Source: Macrostomum hystrix (lineage: Eukaryota > Animalia > Platyhelminthes). Taken from it: DNA of 64,000 nucleotides. How positions within the stretch are numbered: position 1 is the first letter of the stretch; every line of letters starts with the position of its first letter. The stretch spans positions 16,988,001 to 17,052,000 of the forward strand of contig CATNEN010000039.1 in NCBI GenBank assembly GCA_950097015.1, in the 5' to 3' direction. Below are positions 22,991 through 37,084 of the stretch, piece after piece. The notes beneath the pieces are model-generated. The model was not told the DNA's origin, made no database searches, and was given only the letters and a program-made list of their open reading frames with translations. Made by a program: the position numbers and the translations under genes.

Positions 22991-24114
22991 CTAGACTGTG
23001 TGACATTGTAAAAGTAGTCATTAATATCGTCCGTCATTTTAATAGCCATCTTATAAGCGTTGATAAAGTCGTCTCCTGTTCTTAGCACCGAGTGATAAGT
23101 CATGAAGTTTGAGGCCAGTACCCGACCAGTGTCATTGGATCTAGAGATTGCGGTGGCGTAGGCCGCGTGACCGCCTTTGGCGCAGGCCGCGCCCGGGTTG
23201 TCCATCAGGAAATAGTTCATGTAGCGATAGAACTGATCTGGCACAGGCCTGCCATCGCTAGTGAAGCTAACATTGCAGGATTTGCAATCGGTTGCTAGGC
23301 TGGTTGCTGGGCAGAAACCGCCGGACTGATTGGTGTGATAGCGGCAGCAGGGCGGCTGGCCGGATGGATCCAGCCAATCAATGTAGTCATCGAACCAGGA
23401 ACTAGGCGGACTCACAATATAAGAATAGGTTGGTATCTGGGATAATTGGGAGAGCTGGCCGATCATGGACTTTTGCGGACAGCCCGCCCGACTGCAAACC
23501 AGATTTTGCTGCGCCGGATTAGCGTAATCCAATGGTCCGCGAACAACAAAATACACTGGCGCTCCAACACTCAGGTAGCGTTTGATACCGTCGAAATAAT
23601 CAATAACGTAGCTATCCTCGGGCATACTGATCTCTTGGTCAAGGCCAATTCGGACATTGTGAACCGATGCCAGACACAGGCATGCCCAGCCAGTGAAGAT
23701 CAGGATTATAAATGGCCGAATCCAGGATTGGAATAGGACAGCCGATATGTAGCGCTTAAACAATTGAAACAATAGGCCACTGCTGGAATCGTCCTTAGCT
23801 GGGGTGGGTGCTGAGTCTATAATCTCCTGCGGTAGGCGCTGCTCACTCTGCTGCTGCTGTTGCTTGTTGAACACCAGGCAGCAGAGAACATCAGGCCTAC
23901 CCAGAGCTTGTCTCTTAGCGTCCAAAGATAGCAGGGCTACGAAACAGCTGATCTGCAGCAGGAAGTCCACTAGCACTGCCATGCCAGCGTACAGTGCGAA
24001 CACTCGAACTGCCGGCATTGATGTCAGGGCGCCAAAGAAGAAGGCCACTGATTCGCTGAGACTGCTCAACAGCATGCTGGGACCCACGCTGCCCACTGAT
24101 CTGGCGATGCGGGC
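22991..24114 (-). CDS. NPC1: NPC1 exon 7 (end of sterol-sensing domain; C-terminal luminal Cys-rich domain)
   Basis: VGPSMLLSSLSESVAFFFGALTSMPAV, GLDQEISMPEDSY, VGAPVYFVV, SWFDDYIDWL, CAKGGHAAY. Confidence 0.96.
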
Positions 24115-24149
24115 CTACAGGAGGGTGGGAATACAGCAGCTGAGGACTG

Positions 24150-24500
24150 CCCCATTCTATCTTCCCAGTCTACCCCATTATATCTACCCAGGCTACCCCA
24201 TTATATCTACCCAGTCTACCCCATTCTATCTACCCAGTCTACCCCATTATATCTACCCAGTCTACCCCATTATATCTACCCAGGCTACCCCATTATATCT
24301 ACCCAGGCTACCCCATTCTATCTACCCAGTCTACCACATTGTATCTACCCAGTCTACCCCATTATATCTACCCAGGCTACCCCATTATATCTACCCAGTC
24401 TACCCCATTCTATCTACCCAGTCTACCCGATTCTATCTACCCAGTCTACCCGATTCTATCTACCCAGTCTACCCCATTTTATCTACCCAGTCTACCCCAT
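24150..24500. repeat. 23-bp minisatellite (CTACCCCATTATATCTACCCAGT), decaying to ~24790
   Basis: Direct inspection. Confidence 0.9.
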
Positions 24501-24815
24501 TCTTTCAACCCTGTCTACCCCATTTTATCTACTTTATCTACCCTATGACATATACCCAGTGTACCCTGTTCTATCTATCATGTCTGCCCCATTCTATCAG
24601 CCCAGTGTACCCCATTCTTTCAACCCTGTCTTCCGCCTAATATACAACCTGTCTACCTCATTCTATCTACACAGTCTACCCCATTCTCTCTACCCTGTCC
24701 ACGAGAGTCTAGCCACCCCTGAAGTCGAAAAACTTTATTTCTATCTACAAAGTCAGTATTCTCCATTTCATCTACCCTGTCTACGCCATGTCAGTCTAGA
24801 GGATCACAAGCTTAC

Positions 24816-25256
24816 CTCAATGCAGTCGGCATAGGCGGTATCTCGCTGGTAATGCTGCACCAGAATGAAGATATTGTCAACTCCAACTGCCAGTACAAGA
24901 AATGGCACCACTTCAATAATGATGAGGGTGGCAGGGAAGCCCAGATAGCTCCAGACACCCAGTGAGCAGGCTACCGCTATGAGCACTATGACAACACCGG
25001 CTAGACCCAGTGTGACCTTGGCGTCAACAGCTAGCCTGCCGCACGATTTGTACTGGCCCAGTGTAATAGTGACATACGCGAACATCACCAGGTAGCTAAT
25101 TAGAATAGTGAGCACATCTGAGTTCGATTCCCGGTTTAATTCGTCTTCGATTGATCGCTCGGAGGAATAGCGAACATCGTAATCTGCCGCGTTCTCTTCT
25201 TTGAATTGGCGAGCAACCTGGAGGAAGGCGGCCTCCCACTCTTTGGCAGCGCGAAC
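24816..25256 (-). CDS. NPC1: NPC1 exon 6 (sterol-sensing domain)
   Basis: [55 protein letters not shown]. Confidence 0.96.
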
Positions 25257-25331
25257 CTGGATTAGAGAGTCAGGTGAAACAGATGGGTTGGTTGGCATTG
25301 ACTGTCTGATAGATCTAACGATTGTTATTAA

Positions 25332-25900
25332 AGGTATCTAGAGATCTAACTGCTTAGGTATCTAGAGATCTAACTGCTTAGGTATCTAGAGATCTAACTG
25401 CTTAGGTATCTAGAGATCTAACTGCTTAGGTATCTAGAGATCTAACTGCTTAGGTATCTACAGATCTAACTGCTAAAGAATCTAAAGATCTAACTGCTAA
25501 AGTATCTACAGATCTAACTGCTAAAGTATCTACAGATCTAACTGCTTAGGTATCTAGACATATAACTGCTAAAGAATCTACAGATCTAACTGCTTAGGTA
25601 TCTAGAGATCTAACTGCTTAGGTATCTAGAGATCTAACTGCTTAGGTATCTAGAGATCTAACTGCTTAGGTATCTACAGATCTAACTGCTTAGGTATCTA
25701 CAGATCTAACTGCTTTGAATCTAAAGATCTAACTGCTAAAGTATCTACAGATCTAACTGCTAAAGTATCTACAGATCTAACTGCTTAGGTATCTAGAGAT
25801 ATAACTGCTAAAGAATCTACAGATCTAACTGCTTAGGTATCTAGAGATCTAACTGCTAAAGAATCTACAGATCTAACTGCTAAAATATCTACAGATCTGA
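25332..25900. repeat. 24-bp minisatellite (AGGTATCTAGAGATCTAACTGCTT)
   Basis: Direct inspection. Confidence 0.93.
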
Positions 25901-25962
25901 AGATTTTAATTTCAGAAGATGCAGAGTAATATTTAATAGAACAGACAATAAAATTGAACTAC

Positions 25963-26512
25963 CTGCTTGGAGTCCTGGTTAACATCGTTATTAACAAGAA
26001 AAGTGAGAACAATAGCGCTGGCATTCAGATACTCCGTGCCATTGTAGCCGCCAAACACCACCCACGGATAGATCGGGCCGCCCCATTCGGCGAAGCAGCT
26101 CATCTGGATCGGACTATTGTCATTCATACTGATGGGATTCTGTGTACAGGCCAGCAGGTGTGTTATCCAATCAGCGTCTACCAGCTCATAGACTGGATCA
26201 AAGAAATGGGTCGCGTTTAGATTGGTCTCGTTACTTTGAAAATATCCCAACGGACTCTGTACGGCACAGGTTGAATAATCTGGAGCCAGAGGCTTAAAGC
26301 AGATGTCCGTGAGGCTGATGTTCCTGCCAAATGTGTCACTCCACACCATCATCCCAGTGATGTGAGTCTGCAGTTTCAGCAGCATCTGTAGGAAATTCAG
26401 TTGCACCACCGGGCTGAACACTTTGTAAGGCAAGATTTGGAAATAGGGATCGTGCGAGAACAGGCTCTGATTTCTAGGAATCACGATGATCTGTTCGGAC
26501 CGGTAGAAAGGC
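25963..26512 (-). CDS. NPC1: NPC1 exon 5 (middle luminal domain)
   Basis: (G)PFYRSEQIIV, LTDICFKPL, CAVQSPLGYFQ, GGPIYPWVVFGGY. Confidence 0.95.
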
Positions 26513-26611
26513 CTGTAGATCAGGGAGAATTTAAGAAGACAAATAATAAAGTTGGTTCCGAATCACAATTAAAAATCTGATTTTTTAAAGTCATAAAAGG
26601 CTTTAATTAAA

Positions 26612-26830
26612 AATCCCAAATTAGGCTTTGAATAATAATCCCAAATTAGGCTTTGAATAATAGTCCCAAATTAGGCTTTGAATAATAATCCCAAATTAGG
26701 CTTTGAATATTAGTCCCAAATTAGGCTTTGAATAATAATCCCAAATTAGGCTTTGAATAATAGTCCCAAATTAGGCTTTGAATAATAGTCCCAAATTAGG
26801 CTTTGAATAATAGTCCCAAATTAGGCTTCA
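26612..26830. repeat. 25-bp minisatellite (TCCCAAATTAGGCTTTGAATAATAG)
   Basis: Direct inspection. Confidence 0.92.
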
Positions 26831-26858
26831 ATTAAAATATCCTCAATACGATTCTCAC

Positions 26859-27148
26859 CCGAAATTTTTATCGAAAAAGTTCTTCTGCAGTCTAGCCGTA
26901 GAATCCGGGGCACTCCACAATTCCACAGGATCTGTGGTGACCTTGAAGAACAACACACCGCAGGACAGGGCAACACAGACTAGCAAACCAGCAATCAGGA
27001 CAATGACAGGCTTATCAGCAACCAGCCGACCCCAAGCAGTGAATGCGGCTTCCAGTCTGGCTTCAAACTCAGCGTTGATCCGATCGCCGCAGCTGACATC
27101 CTTGTATGTCAGCTGACTGTCTTCAGAACCGACGCCATTAGAGGTAGA

Positions 27149-27181
<33 letters not shown>

Positions 27182-27373
27182 ATTCCGTTCATTTTCAAAT
27201 CGTTTAAAGCCCAGGCTATTATTAGCATAGACGTGAACGTAGATGTTGACCGCGCCGAAAACTAGTATGAAAACTGCGTAGACAACATATAGGACGAGGT
27301 ACCAGCCGTCAACGCCGAGGATTCGCCATGGCTTCGGCGGAGCGGGAATCGGCGGCGGCTTCACACACGCGGC
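26859..27373 (-). CDS. NPC1: NPC1 exon 4 (Pro-rich linker, TM1, TM2)
   Basis: AACVKPPPIPAPPKPW..., VTTDPVELWSAPDSTARLQKNFFDKNFG. Confidence 0.95.
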
Positions 27374-27476
27374 CTGCCGTTGAGTTTATTATGCAGTTTC
27401 ATGAATAGCTCTCTGATCAATTTAAGCATTTTATAGTTTAAGTATAACTAAACAAACACAAGGCTCATTATTAGGG

Positions 27477-29220
27477 TCATTTGATTGCCTATGACCAACT
27501 ATAGTTAGAGCTCATTCATTCAGTCATTTGATTGCCTATGACCAACTAAAGTTAGAGCTCATTCATTCAGTCATTTGATTACCTATGACCAACTAAAGTT
27601 AGAGCTCATTCATTCAGTCATTTGATTGCCTATGACCAACTATAGTTAGAGCTCATTCATTCAGTCATTTGATTGCCTATGACCAACTATAGTTAGAACT
27701 CATTCATTCAGTTATTTGATTGCCTATGACCAACTATAGTTAGAGCTCATTCATTCAGTTATTTGATTGCCTATGACCAACTATAGTTAGAGCTCATTCA
27801 TTCAGTTATTTGATTGCCTATGACCAACTATAGTTAGAGCTCATTCATTCAGTTATTTGATTGCCTATGACCAACTATAGTTAGAACTCATTCATCCAGT
27901 CATTTGATTGCCTATGACCAACTAAAGTTAGAGCTCATTCATCCAGTCATTTGATTGCCTACGACCAACTATAGTTAGAGCTCATTCATTCAGTTATTTG
28001 ATTGCCTATGACCAACTATAGTTAGAGCTCATTCATTCAGTCATTTGATTGCCTATGACCAACTATAGTTAGAGCTCATTCATTCAGTTATTTGATTGCC
28101 TATGACCAACTATAGTTAGAGCTCATTCATTCAGTTATTTGATTGCCTATGACCAACTATAGTTAGAGCTCATTCATTCAGTTATTTGATTGCCTATGAC
28201 CAACTATAGTTAGAGCTCATTCATTCAGTTATTTGATTGCCTATGACCAACTATAGTTAGAGCTCATTCATTCAGTTATTTGATTGCCTATGACCAACTA
28301 TAGTTAGAGCTCATTCATTCAGTTATTTGATTGCCTATGACCAACCATAGTTAGAGCTCATTCATTCAGTCATTTGATTGCCTATGACCAACTATAGTTA
28401 GAGCTCATTCATCCAGTCATTTGATTGCCTACGACCAACTATAGTTAGAACTCATTCATTCAGTTATTTGATTGCCTATGACCAACTAAAGTTAGAGCTC
28501 ATTCATCCAGTCATTTGATTGCCTATGACCAACTAAAGTTAGAGCTCATTCATCCAGTCATTTGATTGCCTACGACCAACTATAGTTAGAGCTCATTCAT
28601 TCAGTTATTTGATTGCCTATGACCAACTATAGTTAGAGCTCATTCATTCAGTCATTTGATTGCCTACGACCAACTATAGTTAGAGCTCATTCATTCAGTT
28701 ATTTGATTGCCTATGACCAACTAAAGTTAGAGCTCATTCATCCAGTCATTTGATTGCCTATGACCAACTAAAGTTAGAGCTCATTCATCCAGTCATTTGA
28801 TTGCCTACGACCAACTATAGTTAGAGCTCATTCATTCAGTTATTTGATTGCCTATGACCAACTATAGTTAGAGCTCATTCATTCAGTCATTTGATTGCCT
28901 ATGACCAACTATAGTTAGAGCTCATTCATTCAGTTATTTGATTGCCTATGACCAACTAAAGTTAGAGCTCATTCATTCAGTTATTTGATTGCCTATGACC
29001 AACTATAGTTAGAACTCATTCATTCAGTCATTTGATTGCCTATGACCAACTATAGTTAGAGCTCATTCATTCAGTTATTTAATTGCCTATGACCAACTAT
29101 AGTTAGAACTCATTCATTCAGTCATTTGATTGCCTATGACCAACTAAAGTTAGAGCTCATTCATTCAGTCATTTGATTGCCTATGACCAACTATAGTTAG
29201 AGCTCATTCATTCAGTCATC
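27477..29220. repeat. 47-bp minisatellite (GTTAGAGCTCATTCATTCAGTCATTTGATTGCCTATGACCAACTATA)
   Basis: Direct inspection; ~37 units; 10-bp palindrome AACTATAGTT at unit junctions. Confidence 0.96.
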
Positions 29221-29849
29221 TGATTATGAATGACTAACTATTAAACTCAATTAATAGATCATATATAAAAACTATGTTAGCAACTATATAACAAATGTTC
29301 TTTCAGCTGTCATATATCTTAGCCTATAAATGACCAACCCAAACACTCATGAATTTGGTCATCTGATGCGCTGTGACTAACGAACTCAGATTACAAAGTG
29401 TATGTGTGCGGTTTAATCAGAAACTAAACTTCTAGTTACAGCCAGTTGATAGACCTATCTAAATGACAAAAGCTGTTATTTATTTATCAGATTGCTTAGT
29501 ATTAGATAAACATAAGCGAACTTCGGTCATGAAAATTTGTTTATTTGCATAACTGATTTAATCGTATTACGTCACCACATAAAGATGAACTTAGAAGATA
29601 AAACTTCTAATACGTATACTATAATGAGCTACAAAATAAAGTAAAGTTTTTAATTAACATTAGCATTCAAGAAGTCATTATTTAGAATTTTAAACAAAAT
29701 ACGTGAAAGTGGCAGATAAAATATTTTATGCTTTGTAAACTCGAAAAGCTACACGAAAACAGGATACAACCAGCTCACAGAAGATAGAATAGAAAGAACT
29801 AAATTTATTTTGTTCGTTAGGTGCTATCTACTAGAAATATGACTCAGTG

Positions 29850-31880
29850 GAGAGATGAGACACGGGAGAGGTGAGATACAGGAGAGAAGAGACACGGAAG
29901 AGATGAGACACGGGAGGGATGAGACACGGGAGAGATGAGACACGGGAGAGATGAGACACGGGAGGGATGAGATACAGGAGAGAAGAGACACGGAAGAGAT
30001 TAGACACGGGAGGGATGAGACATGGGAGAGATGAGATACGGGAGAGATGAGATATGGGAGAGATGAGACACGGGAGGGATGAGACACGGGAGAGATGAGA
30101 TACAGGAGAGAAGAGACACGGAAGAGATGAGACACGGGAGGGATGAGATACAGGAGAGAAGAGACACGGAAGAGATGAGACACGGGAGGGATGAGACACG
30201 GGAGAGATGAGATATGGGAGAGATGAGACACGGGAGAGATGAGATATGGGAGAGATGAGACACGGGAGGGATGAGACATGGGAGAGGTGAGATACGGGAG
30301 AGAAGAGACACGGAAGAGATGAGACACGGGAGGGATGAGATACAGGAGAGAAGAGACACGGAAGAGATTAGACACGGGAGGGATGAGACATGGGAGAGAT
30401 GAGATACGGGAGAGATGAGATATGGGAGAGATGAGACACGGGAGGGATGAGACACGGGAGAGATGAGATACAGGAGAGAAGAGACACGGAAGAGATGAGA
30501 CACGGGAGGGATGAGATACAGGAGAGAAGAGACACGGAAGAGATGAGACACGGGAGGGATGAGACACGGGAGAGATGATACACGGGAGAGATGATACACG
30601 GGAGAGATGAGACATGGGAGAGATGAGACACGGGAGAGATGAGACATGGGAGAGATGAGACACGAGAGAGATGAGACATGGGAGAGATGAGACACGGGAG
30701 GGATGAGACATGGGAGAGATGAGATACAGGAGAGAAGAGACACGGAAGAGATGAGACACGGGAGAGATAAGATATGGGAGAGATGAGACACGGGAGAGAT
30801 GAGATATGGGAGAGATGAGACACGGGAGGGATAGGACACAGGGGAGATATGAGACACGGGAGAGATGATACATGGGAGAGATGAGACATGGGAGGGATAG
30901 GACACAGGGGAGATATGAGACACGGGAGAGATGAGACACGGGAGGGATGATACATGGGAGAGATGAGACACGGGAGGGATGATACATGGGAGAGATGAGA
31001 CACGGGAGGGATGAGACACGGGAGGGATAGGACACAGGGGAGATATGAGACACGGGAGAGATGAGACACGGGAGAGATGATACATGGGAGAGATGAGACA
31101 CGGGAGGGATGAGACACGGGAGGGATAGGACACAGGGGAGATATGAGACACGGGAGAGATGAGACACGGGAGGGATGATACATGGGAGAGATGAGACACG
31201 GGAGGGATAGGACACAGGGGAGATATGAGACACGGGAGAGATGAGACACGGGAGAGATGATACATGGGAGAGATGAGACACGGGAGGGATGAGACACGGG
31301 AGGGATGATACATGGGAGAGATGAGACATGGGAGGGATGAGACACGGGAGGGATGATACATGGGAGAGATGAGACACGGGAGGGATGATACATGGGAGAG
31401 ATGAGACACGGGAGGGATAGGACACAGGGGAGATATGAGACACGGGAGAGATGAGACACGGGAGAGATGATACATGGGAGAGATGAGACACGGGAGGGAT
31501 GATACATGGGAGAGATGAGACACGGGAGGGATAGGACACAGGGGAGATATGAGACACGGGAGAGATGAGACACGGGAGGGATGATACATGGGAGAGATGA
31601 GACACGGGAGGGATGATACATGGGAGAGACGAGACACGGGAGGGATAGGACACAGGGGAGATATGAGACACGGGAGAGATGAGACACGGGAGAGATGATA
31701 CATGGGAGAGATGAGACACGGGAGGGATGAGACACGGGAGGGATGATACATGGGAGAGATGAGACACGGGAGGGATGATACATGGGAGAGATGAGACACG
31801 GGAGGGATGAGACACGGGAGGGATAAGACACAGGGGAGATATGAGACACGGGAGAGATGAGACACGGGAGGGATGATACA
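29850..31880. repeat. 16-bp minisatellite (GAGACACGGGAGAGAT family)
   Basis: Direct inspection. Confidence 0.95.
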
Positions 31881-31924
31881 TGAGAAAGAGAAAAAACAAT
31901 AGGGAGCAATGAGATAGGACAGGG

Positions 31925-32000
31925 CAGGTGTTGGAAGGAGCCAGGGGCCAGATACGGGAGCTTCGAGAGACCTGTCCCGCGGACCGGACTTTGCCGACCC
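31925..32000 (-). mobile_element. Degenerate hAT-type terminus adjoining the 16-bp array
   Basis: GGGAGCTTCGAG..CCCGCGGACCGGACTTTGCCGACCC is homologous to ~38972-39054. Confidence 0.55.
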
Positions 32001-32489
32001 GCCCTTCGACTGTAATAACTACACTTTACAAACTCTTGGAATATACAGGGCTGCACTGGACTAATACCACCAGGGGTTAAATACGAAATGCATTTATTCT
32101 ATTTCTAAAACTTGGCATTAGTGTGCAAGAATTTGTTAGCGAGCTGAAAGTGTAAGTCACTTGCCTAAAGCAGATAGCAATTCTAAGAAAGGGCAAAAGA
32201 AAGATAAAGAAAGGCATAAACTAGTATGAACGCAGAGTTAGCTGCTATGTCAGCGGTTTCTCTATAAAATTTTATTACCTGCATAGATTTATAGAGCCAA
32301 ATAAGACAATATGAAATATGATAAAAAATCTGAAATTTGGCTAGAGAAGTGAAATATTCTTAGAGAGAAGTCAAGATTCAGGAAGGATTAAGACTTAGGA
32401 TTCGAGAGAGGACAATGAGATTTTGAAAGAATTGTGACATTTTGAGAGTGGCGGTGAGATTTAGAGACTTGCTTGTGAGGTTTTGAGAG

Positions 32490-32925
32490 AGGATCGTGAG
32501 ATTTTGATAAAGGATCGTGAGATTTTGATAAAGGATCGTGAGATTTTGATAAAGGATCGTGAGATTTTGATAAAGGATCGTGAGATTTTGATAAAGGATC
32601 GTGAGATTTTGATAAAGGATCGTGAGATTTTGATAAAGGATCGTGAGATTTTGATAAAGGATCGTGAGATTTTGATAAAGAATCATGAGATTTTCATAAA
32701 GGATCGTAAGATTTTGATAAAGGATCGTGAGATTTTGATAAAGGATCGTGAGATTTTCATAAAGAATCGTAAGATTTTCATAAAGGATCGTAAGATTTTG
32801 ATAAAGGATCGTGAGATTTTGATAAAGGATCGTGAGATTTTGATAAAGAATCATGAGATTTTCATAAATGATCGTGAGATTTTGATAAAGGATCGTGAGA
32901 TTTTGATAAAGAATCGTGAGATTTT
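32490..32925. repeat. 21-bp minisatellite (GATCGTGAGATTTTGATAAAG)
   Basis: Direct inspection. Confidence 0.94.
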
Positions 32926-33029
32926 GAGATTGGATTGTGAGTCTTTGAGACATAAGATGAGAGGAGATGATGAGATAGGTTTATAGTAAAGGCGCTGTGA
33001 GAACGGTAAATAATTTTAGAGCGGCTTAC

Positions 33030-33515
33030 CTGACAATCGGTGCACGAGCAGGGCGCTATTCCGCCTGCCTGATCGCCCAGTTGGCAACTAACCAAACTGG
33101 CGTTCATTGGACAGAAATTTGAGCCATTGTTATCATAGCAACGGTCCTGAATGATGTACTGGATGTCAAAGGGGGCCAGATTGTTAGCCTTAGTACTGCC
33201 CATAAAGTTATAGACATCCTGTATAGTGCATTTATCAACGCTGGCACTGCCGCACAGGCTACCAATAGCCTTGCTATTGCCCTGCATCACATCTTTGCAG
33301 CTGTTGAATAGGCCGTAGGAGAACTGGCTCGTGATATTGTAGTCTATGTTTAGAATGCCTTGGCTACTAGGGTCAATAATGTTTGCTCGAATGAAATGAT
33401 CCTGCATTGGCGAGCAGGTGAATTGGCAGAATAGTTGACGAAAGTTTTTCCAGCAGCCAGGGCAGCGCTTGAATAGCAGGCCAGCTGGGTCAAGTTGCTG
33501 GCTTAGTGTTTGCAC
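33030..33515 (-). CDS. NPC1: NPC1 exon 3 (N-terminal sterol-binding domain)
   Basis: RCPGCWKNFRQLFCQFTCSPMQ, LFNSCKDV, APF, PCSCTDCQ. Confidence 0.95.
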
Positions 33516-33657
33516 CTGGCAATGTGTTTTTTTGTTAGGAGTCTGAGCAGCAAATGAAAACCGGCAATATGGGATTTTCGAGGAATAAAGGGAGTTGGGA
33601 TTATACATACAGTGAGGATCTTAGAAGCCTCCGGGATAAAAAGAAAGTGTGAGTATC

Positions 33658-33890
33658 CAATGGCGGCGCAGGACCTCCAGCTGGGGGGGGGCGGTGGTTA
33701 GGTGGTCACCCCCCCGGCCACCAAAAAAAAGGTCTCAGGTGACCACCCCCATGCCCCATGGGGTGACCACACTTTTGAAAAAATATGGTAAAGTACCAAT
33801 TTTTTTTAAGTGGGTGGTCACCCCCTGAGGGTGGTGAGGGGTGGTCACCCATGGGCAGCCCGCCCCCCCGCCCCCCCTGCGCCGCCACTG
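33658..33890. mobile_element. hAT-family MITE in NPC1 intron 2
   Basis: TIRs CAATGGCGGCGCAGG / CCTGCGCCGCCACTG (14/15); 8-bp TSD TGAGTATC at 33650-33657 and 33891-33898; internal GGTCACC/GGTGACC motifs. Confidence 0.9.
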
Positions 33891-34198
33891 TGAGTATCTT
33901 ATAAGACAGGTTTGGGATAAAAAATTATGAGGATCTTATAAGGCTTAGGGATAAAGTATACTGTGCAGGATCTTATAAGGTGGCTTTGGGATAAAAGAAA
34001 ATGTGAGGATCTTAGAAGTCTCTTGGAGAAAATATATCTGAGGATCTTACAAGGATTTGGGATAAAATATACTGTGAGGATCTTATACAGCTTTAGGATT
34101 AATGAAACTATGAGATCTTAATGATTATCAAGAGGGATAAAACAAACTGCAGGGATCTGATCAGACTCATAATTGAGGTTATAATAAATAGAACATAC

Positions 34199-34387
34199 CT
34201 GCGATACAGCACAGCAAGTATAGATAGTGTCAGAATCAGACTGAAACAGGTCAGGACACAATGTTTTTAGAATGTTCACAGAGGCTGTGTCATTCAACAG
34301 CTTTGCTGGCCCATTGTACACACAGTTGGTTGACTTGCCAGTTGGACCCTTGCCACACTGGTCATACATGATGCAGTTGGCTGCAGC
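34199..34387 (-). CDS. NPC1: NPC1 exon 2
   Basis: AAANCIMYDQCG..NCVYNGPAK..LCPDLF..CCAVSQ. Confidence 0.93.
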
Positions 34388-34671
34388 CTAGGTATGTATT
34401 GAGCAAATAAAAAAATGTATAGCTGCTGCAGAATAATATATATAAAAGCAAAAAGTAATAATAAATAGGAACAAAATATATGCAAGAACTTATTTTTGCA
34501 TGGGATATTAAAAAACCTAAAAAACATTAACTATTTAACTTTTGCATCTTGTAAAGAAAGACATAAATAAATAAAAACAAACCATTAATATTACACATTA
34601 GCTACTTCATACCAACTTTATCAAGATCTACTAAAACAAAGTTAATCAAAATTAGGGGAAAAGACACTTAC

Positions 34672-34728
34672 ATGAGAAACTCCTCCAATAAGGATAGCAA
34701 AAGACAGTACAAAATAATTCATCAACAT
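34672..34728 (-). CDS. NPC1: NPC1 exon 1 (signal peptide)
   Basis: MLMNYFVLSFAILIGGVSH|gtaagt, phase 0 into exon 2. Full spliced ORF is 1323 aa (exon 10a) or 1363 aa (exon 10b). Confidence 0.82.
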
Positions 34729-37084
34729 TGGAAAGTGGTGATGGAGCTTTTCTGATGTCTTTGAACTGTAGCTGTTCGCCTGTTCTTTATTTTAGTTACC
34801 TTCTAGTAGCTTCTACACTCCACTGGACTTATCGAGTTGAGTGTGTATTCGTCTCTGAATCAGATGATCGGTCAATACGAAAACAAAATTTATCGGTGAA
34901 GATAGAGGTTTATCCACCGCGAAGTGTACTGTATTGTGTAAAAAGAAAGCACGTTAAATAGACCACACATTTATAAGCGAAGAGATATCACAAGGAATTC
35001 CCTGGCGTGACCAGGGACGCCAAGGTCATTTTATAGGTTTTAAAATGGTGGTCGAAAGCAAACATATATTTTTTTTCGTTTTTAAGCATCGGATATATAG
35101 GGTGATCAAACTTATAAATTTAAATATAAGACATATAAGACTAATATATTTGTTAAATCGATTCAGTTTTTGCAAAGATTTGACCTCAGGTTTTCTAGAA
35201 AGTTAGTTTTCGCGCTTTTCAGAATTATCGATCTTGAAGCTCACTTTATATTTTTCTCTACCTTTTTCTATCTCCTGCAATACTAATACTTGTTCAATAA
35301 ATCCAATTTTACCTTTACTGTCTTTCGTATCAATTGTTTATGACTTTGTTTCGCTTAATTTTACAAAAAAGGAATTCACGTTCTTATTAGCATAACTGGC
35401 ATTTTGCCTAAGCCAAATAATCGACTACAGCTCCTCTATAAAGACAAGTATAACAGTATTTAAAAAACTTTCCTCGAGAGTATACAAACTATATTCAAAT
35501 TTATTGTAAATTTATACTGACTGTCCAGTTTACTATGAAGTACATAATCTGATTAGAAAGTTAATTGTGCTTCGCTTAATCATGAATGTTCTAATGGAAT
35601 GGAATGAATTGTGTAATTTTCAAGTGTACGAAATATTTGTTTGCTTGTATGACTTTTGTGGCAACTTTAAATGCAATGCTTAAAATTTAGACTTAATATT
35701 TACTGACCAGTTTGTTTATAAGTAATGGTACTAAAAAGTATTGTTATTTTAATTGTAAATATTTCTTTTATTAAATAAAATATTTTTGATATTAAATTAA
35801 ATTATTTCGTTATGCCGTATCTTATTGATAAATCATAAGAAAGTTACAATTTATCTCATTTTATGTATTGAATTTTAAGGCCCATATGATTGTATTAATC
35901 TTAATAAGTCTCTTCAGGTAACTTTCTACAAATGCAAATCTTTTTTAAAGCTTTTGCAGCAGTTTTTATTTTTTTTGTTTGTTATACGAATACACATTGG
36001 GAGAGTTTGTGGATACTACAAACTATGAATAGTGCTTCAACTGTAGATTAGTATAATTGTATATCAAAATACAGAAATACATTTGAGTTCTGACTACACA
36101 GATATACAGAAAACATTTATATAATTATACAGAAACACATTTTATAAAACAAAATTTAGGAAAACATATCTATATATATTTGTATTTGTATATATATATA
36201 TGATTTCTTTTATAAATAACAATGCATAGATTTTGAGCAATTTTTGTATTTACTAATGACTAGTAGATTAGAATTAATACTTTTACTTTTTACTAGATCA
36301 AGAGTCTTGGTGAAACTAAAGCTATTTCAATTTAGTTTTTAATTGACAATTGTTGATAGCACTCTCTGACTTCTTTCCCCCTTTCTGGCCCCTGCATAGC
36401 TGGCGGGAGCAGTCCTTTGTTGTTTTTGTTGTTTGATTGTTTGTGTAGGTTTCCATAGATTCAATCGTTTTTCTTTACAGAGTAGTTTAGAATGCACTAG
36501 CTAGTATTCAGTAGCTCATTCATTAGCTGTTCTTTGGATCCCTAACTGAGAATTTAGAACCCAGAATCTCAGCTGTGTCAGTGAAATCAAATATATAAGG
36601 TCTTTCAGCAATCCAATCAACGATCGATTGTAAACGCAGTTAAACCCAGCTGTAAAAACGGAATATAAGTGTGGGCCTCTGTTACTTAGAAGTGCTGTGC
36701 AATGTCTGCTGCTGTGACACTGACTGCAACTTTTATATATTGAGCTAGAGCAAGCTAAACTGAATCCGACTATATTCTCCCTGGGGGATAGGCATACGCT
36801 ATGCTAGCTTATGGGAAAATCAAGAATAAAAAACACTGGGAGAGAAAAAGAGAGATGGTGAAGAGGATGAAATGACTGCCCTGCAGGGGCACAGCAATGT
36901 TGAGTGGCCTTGACAGCTCGGGGAAGCTCTTGTCGCCTCTCTGTCCCACCACCCCGTCGCCCTTCTTCAGAATGAAGCCTTGTGTCTTGATTGATTTCAG
37001 TGCATATCTGTCTACCTCTGTGTGTCCTTTTTATAGCCCTTACATTCGCAATTTTCTGCTGCGAATGACAAATAGTCATTGCCT

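Noticed and set aside
27477-29220. CRISPR-like appearance of the regular 47-bp (and 28-bp) repeats
   Set aside because: Head-to-tail units with no unique spacers, no cas genes, and a eukaryotic context.
29824-32056. 562-691-aa ORFs in all three minus-strand frames
   Set aside because: A 16-bp repeat lacking stop codons on that strand; not coding evidence.
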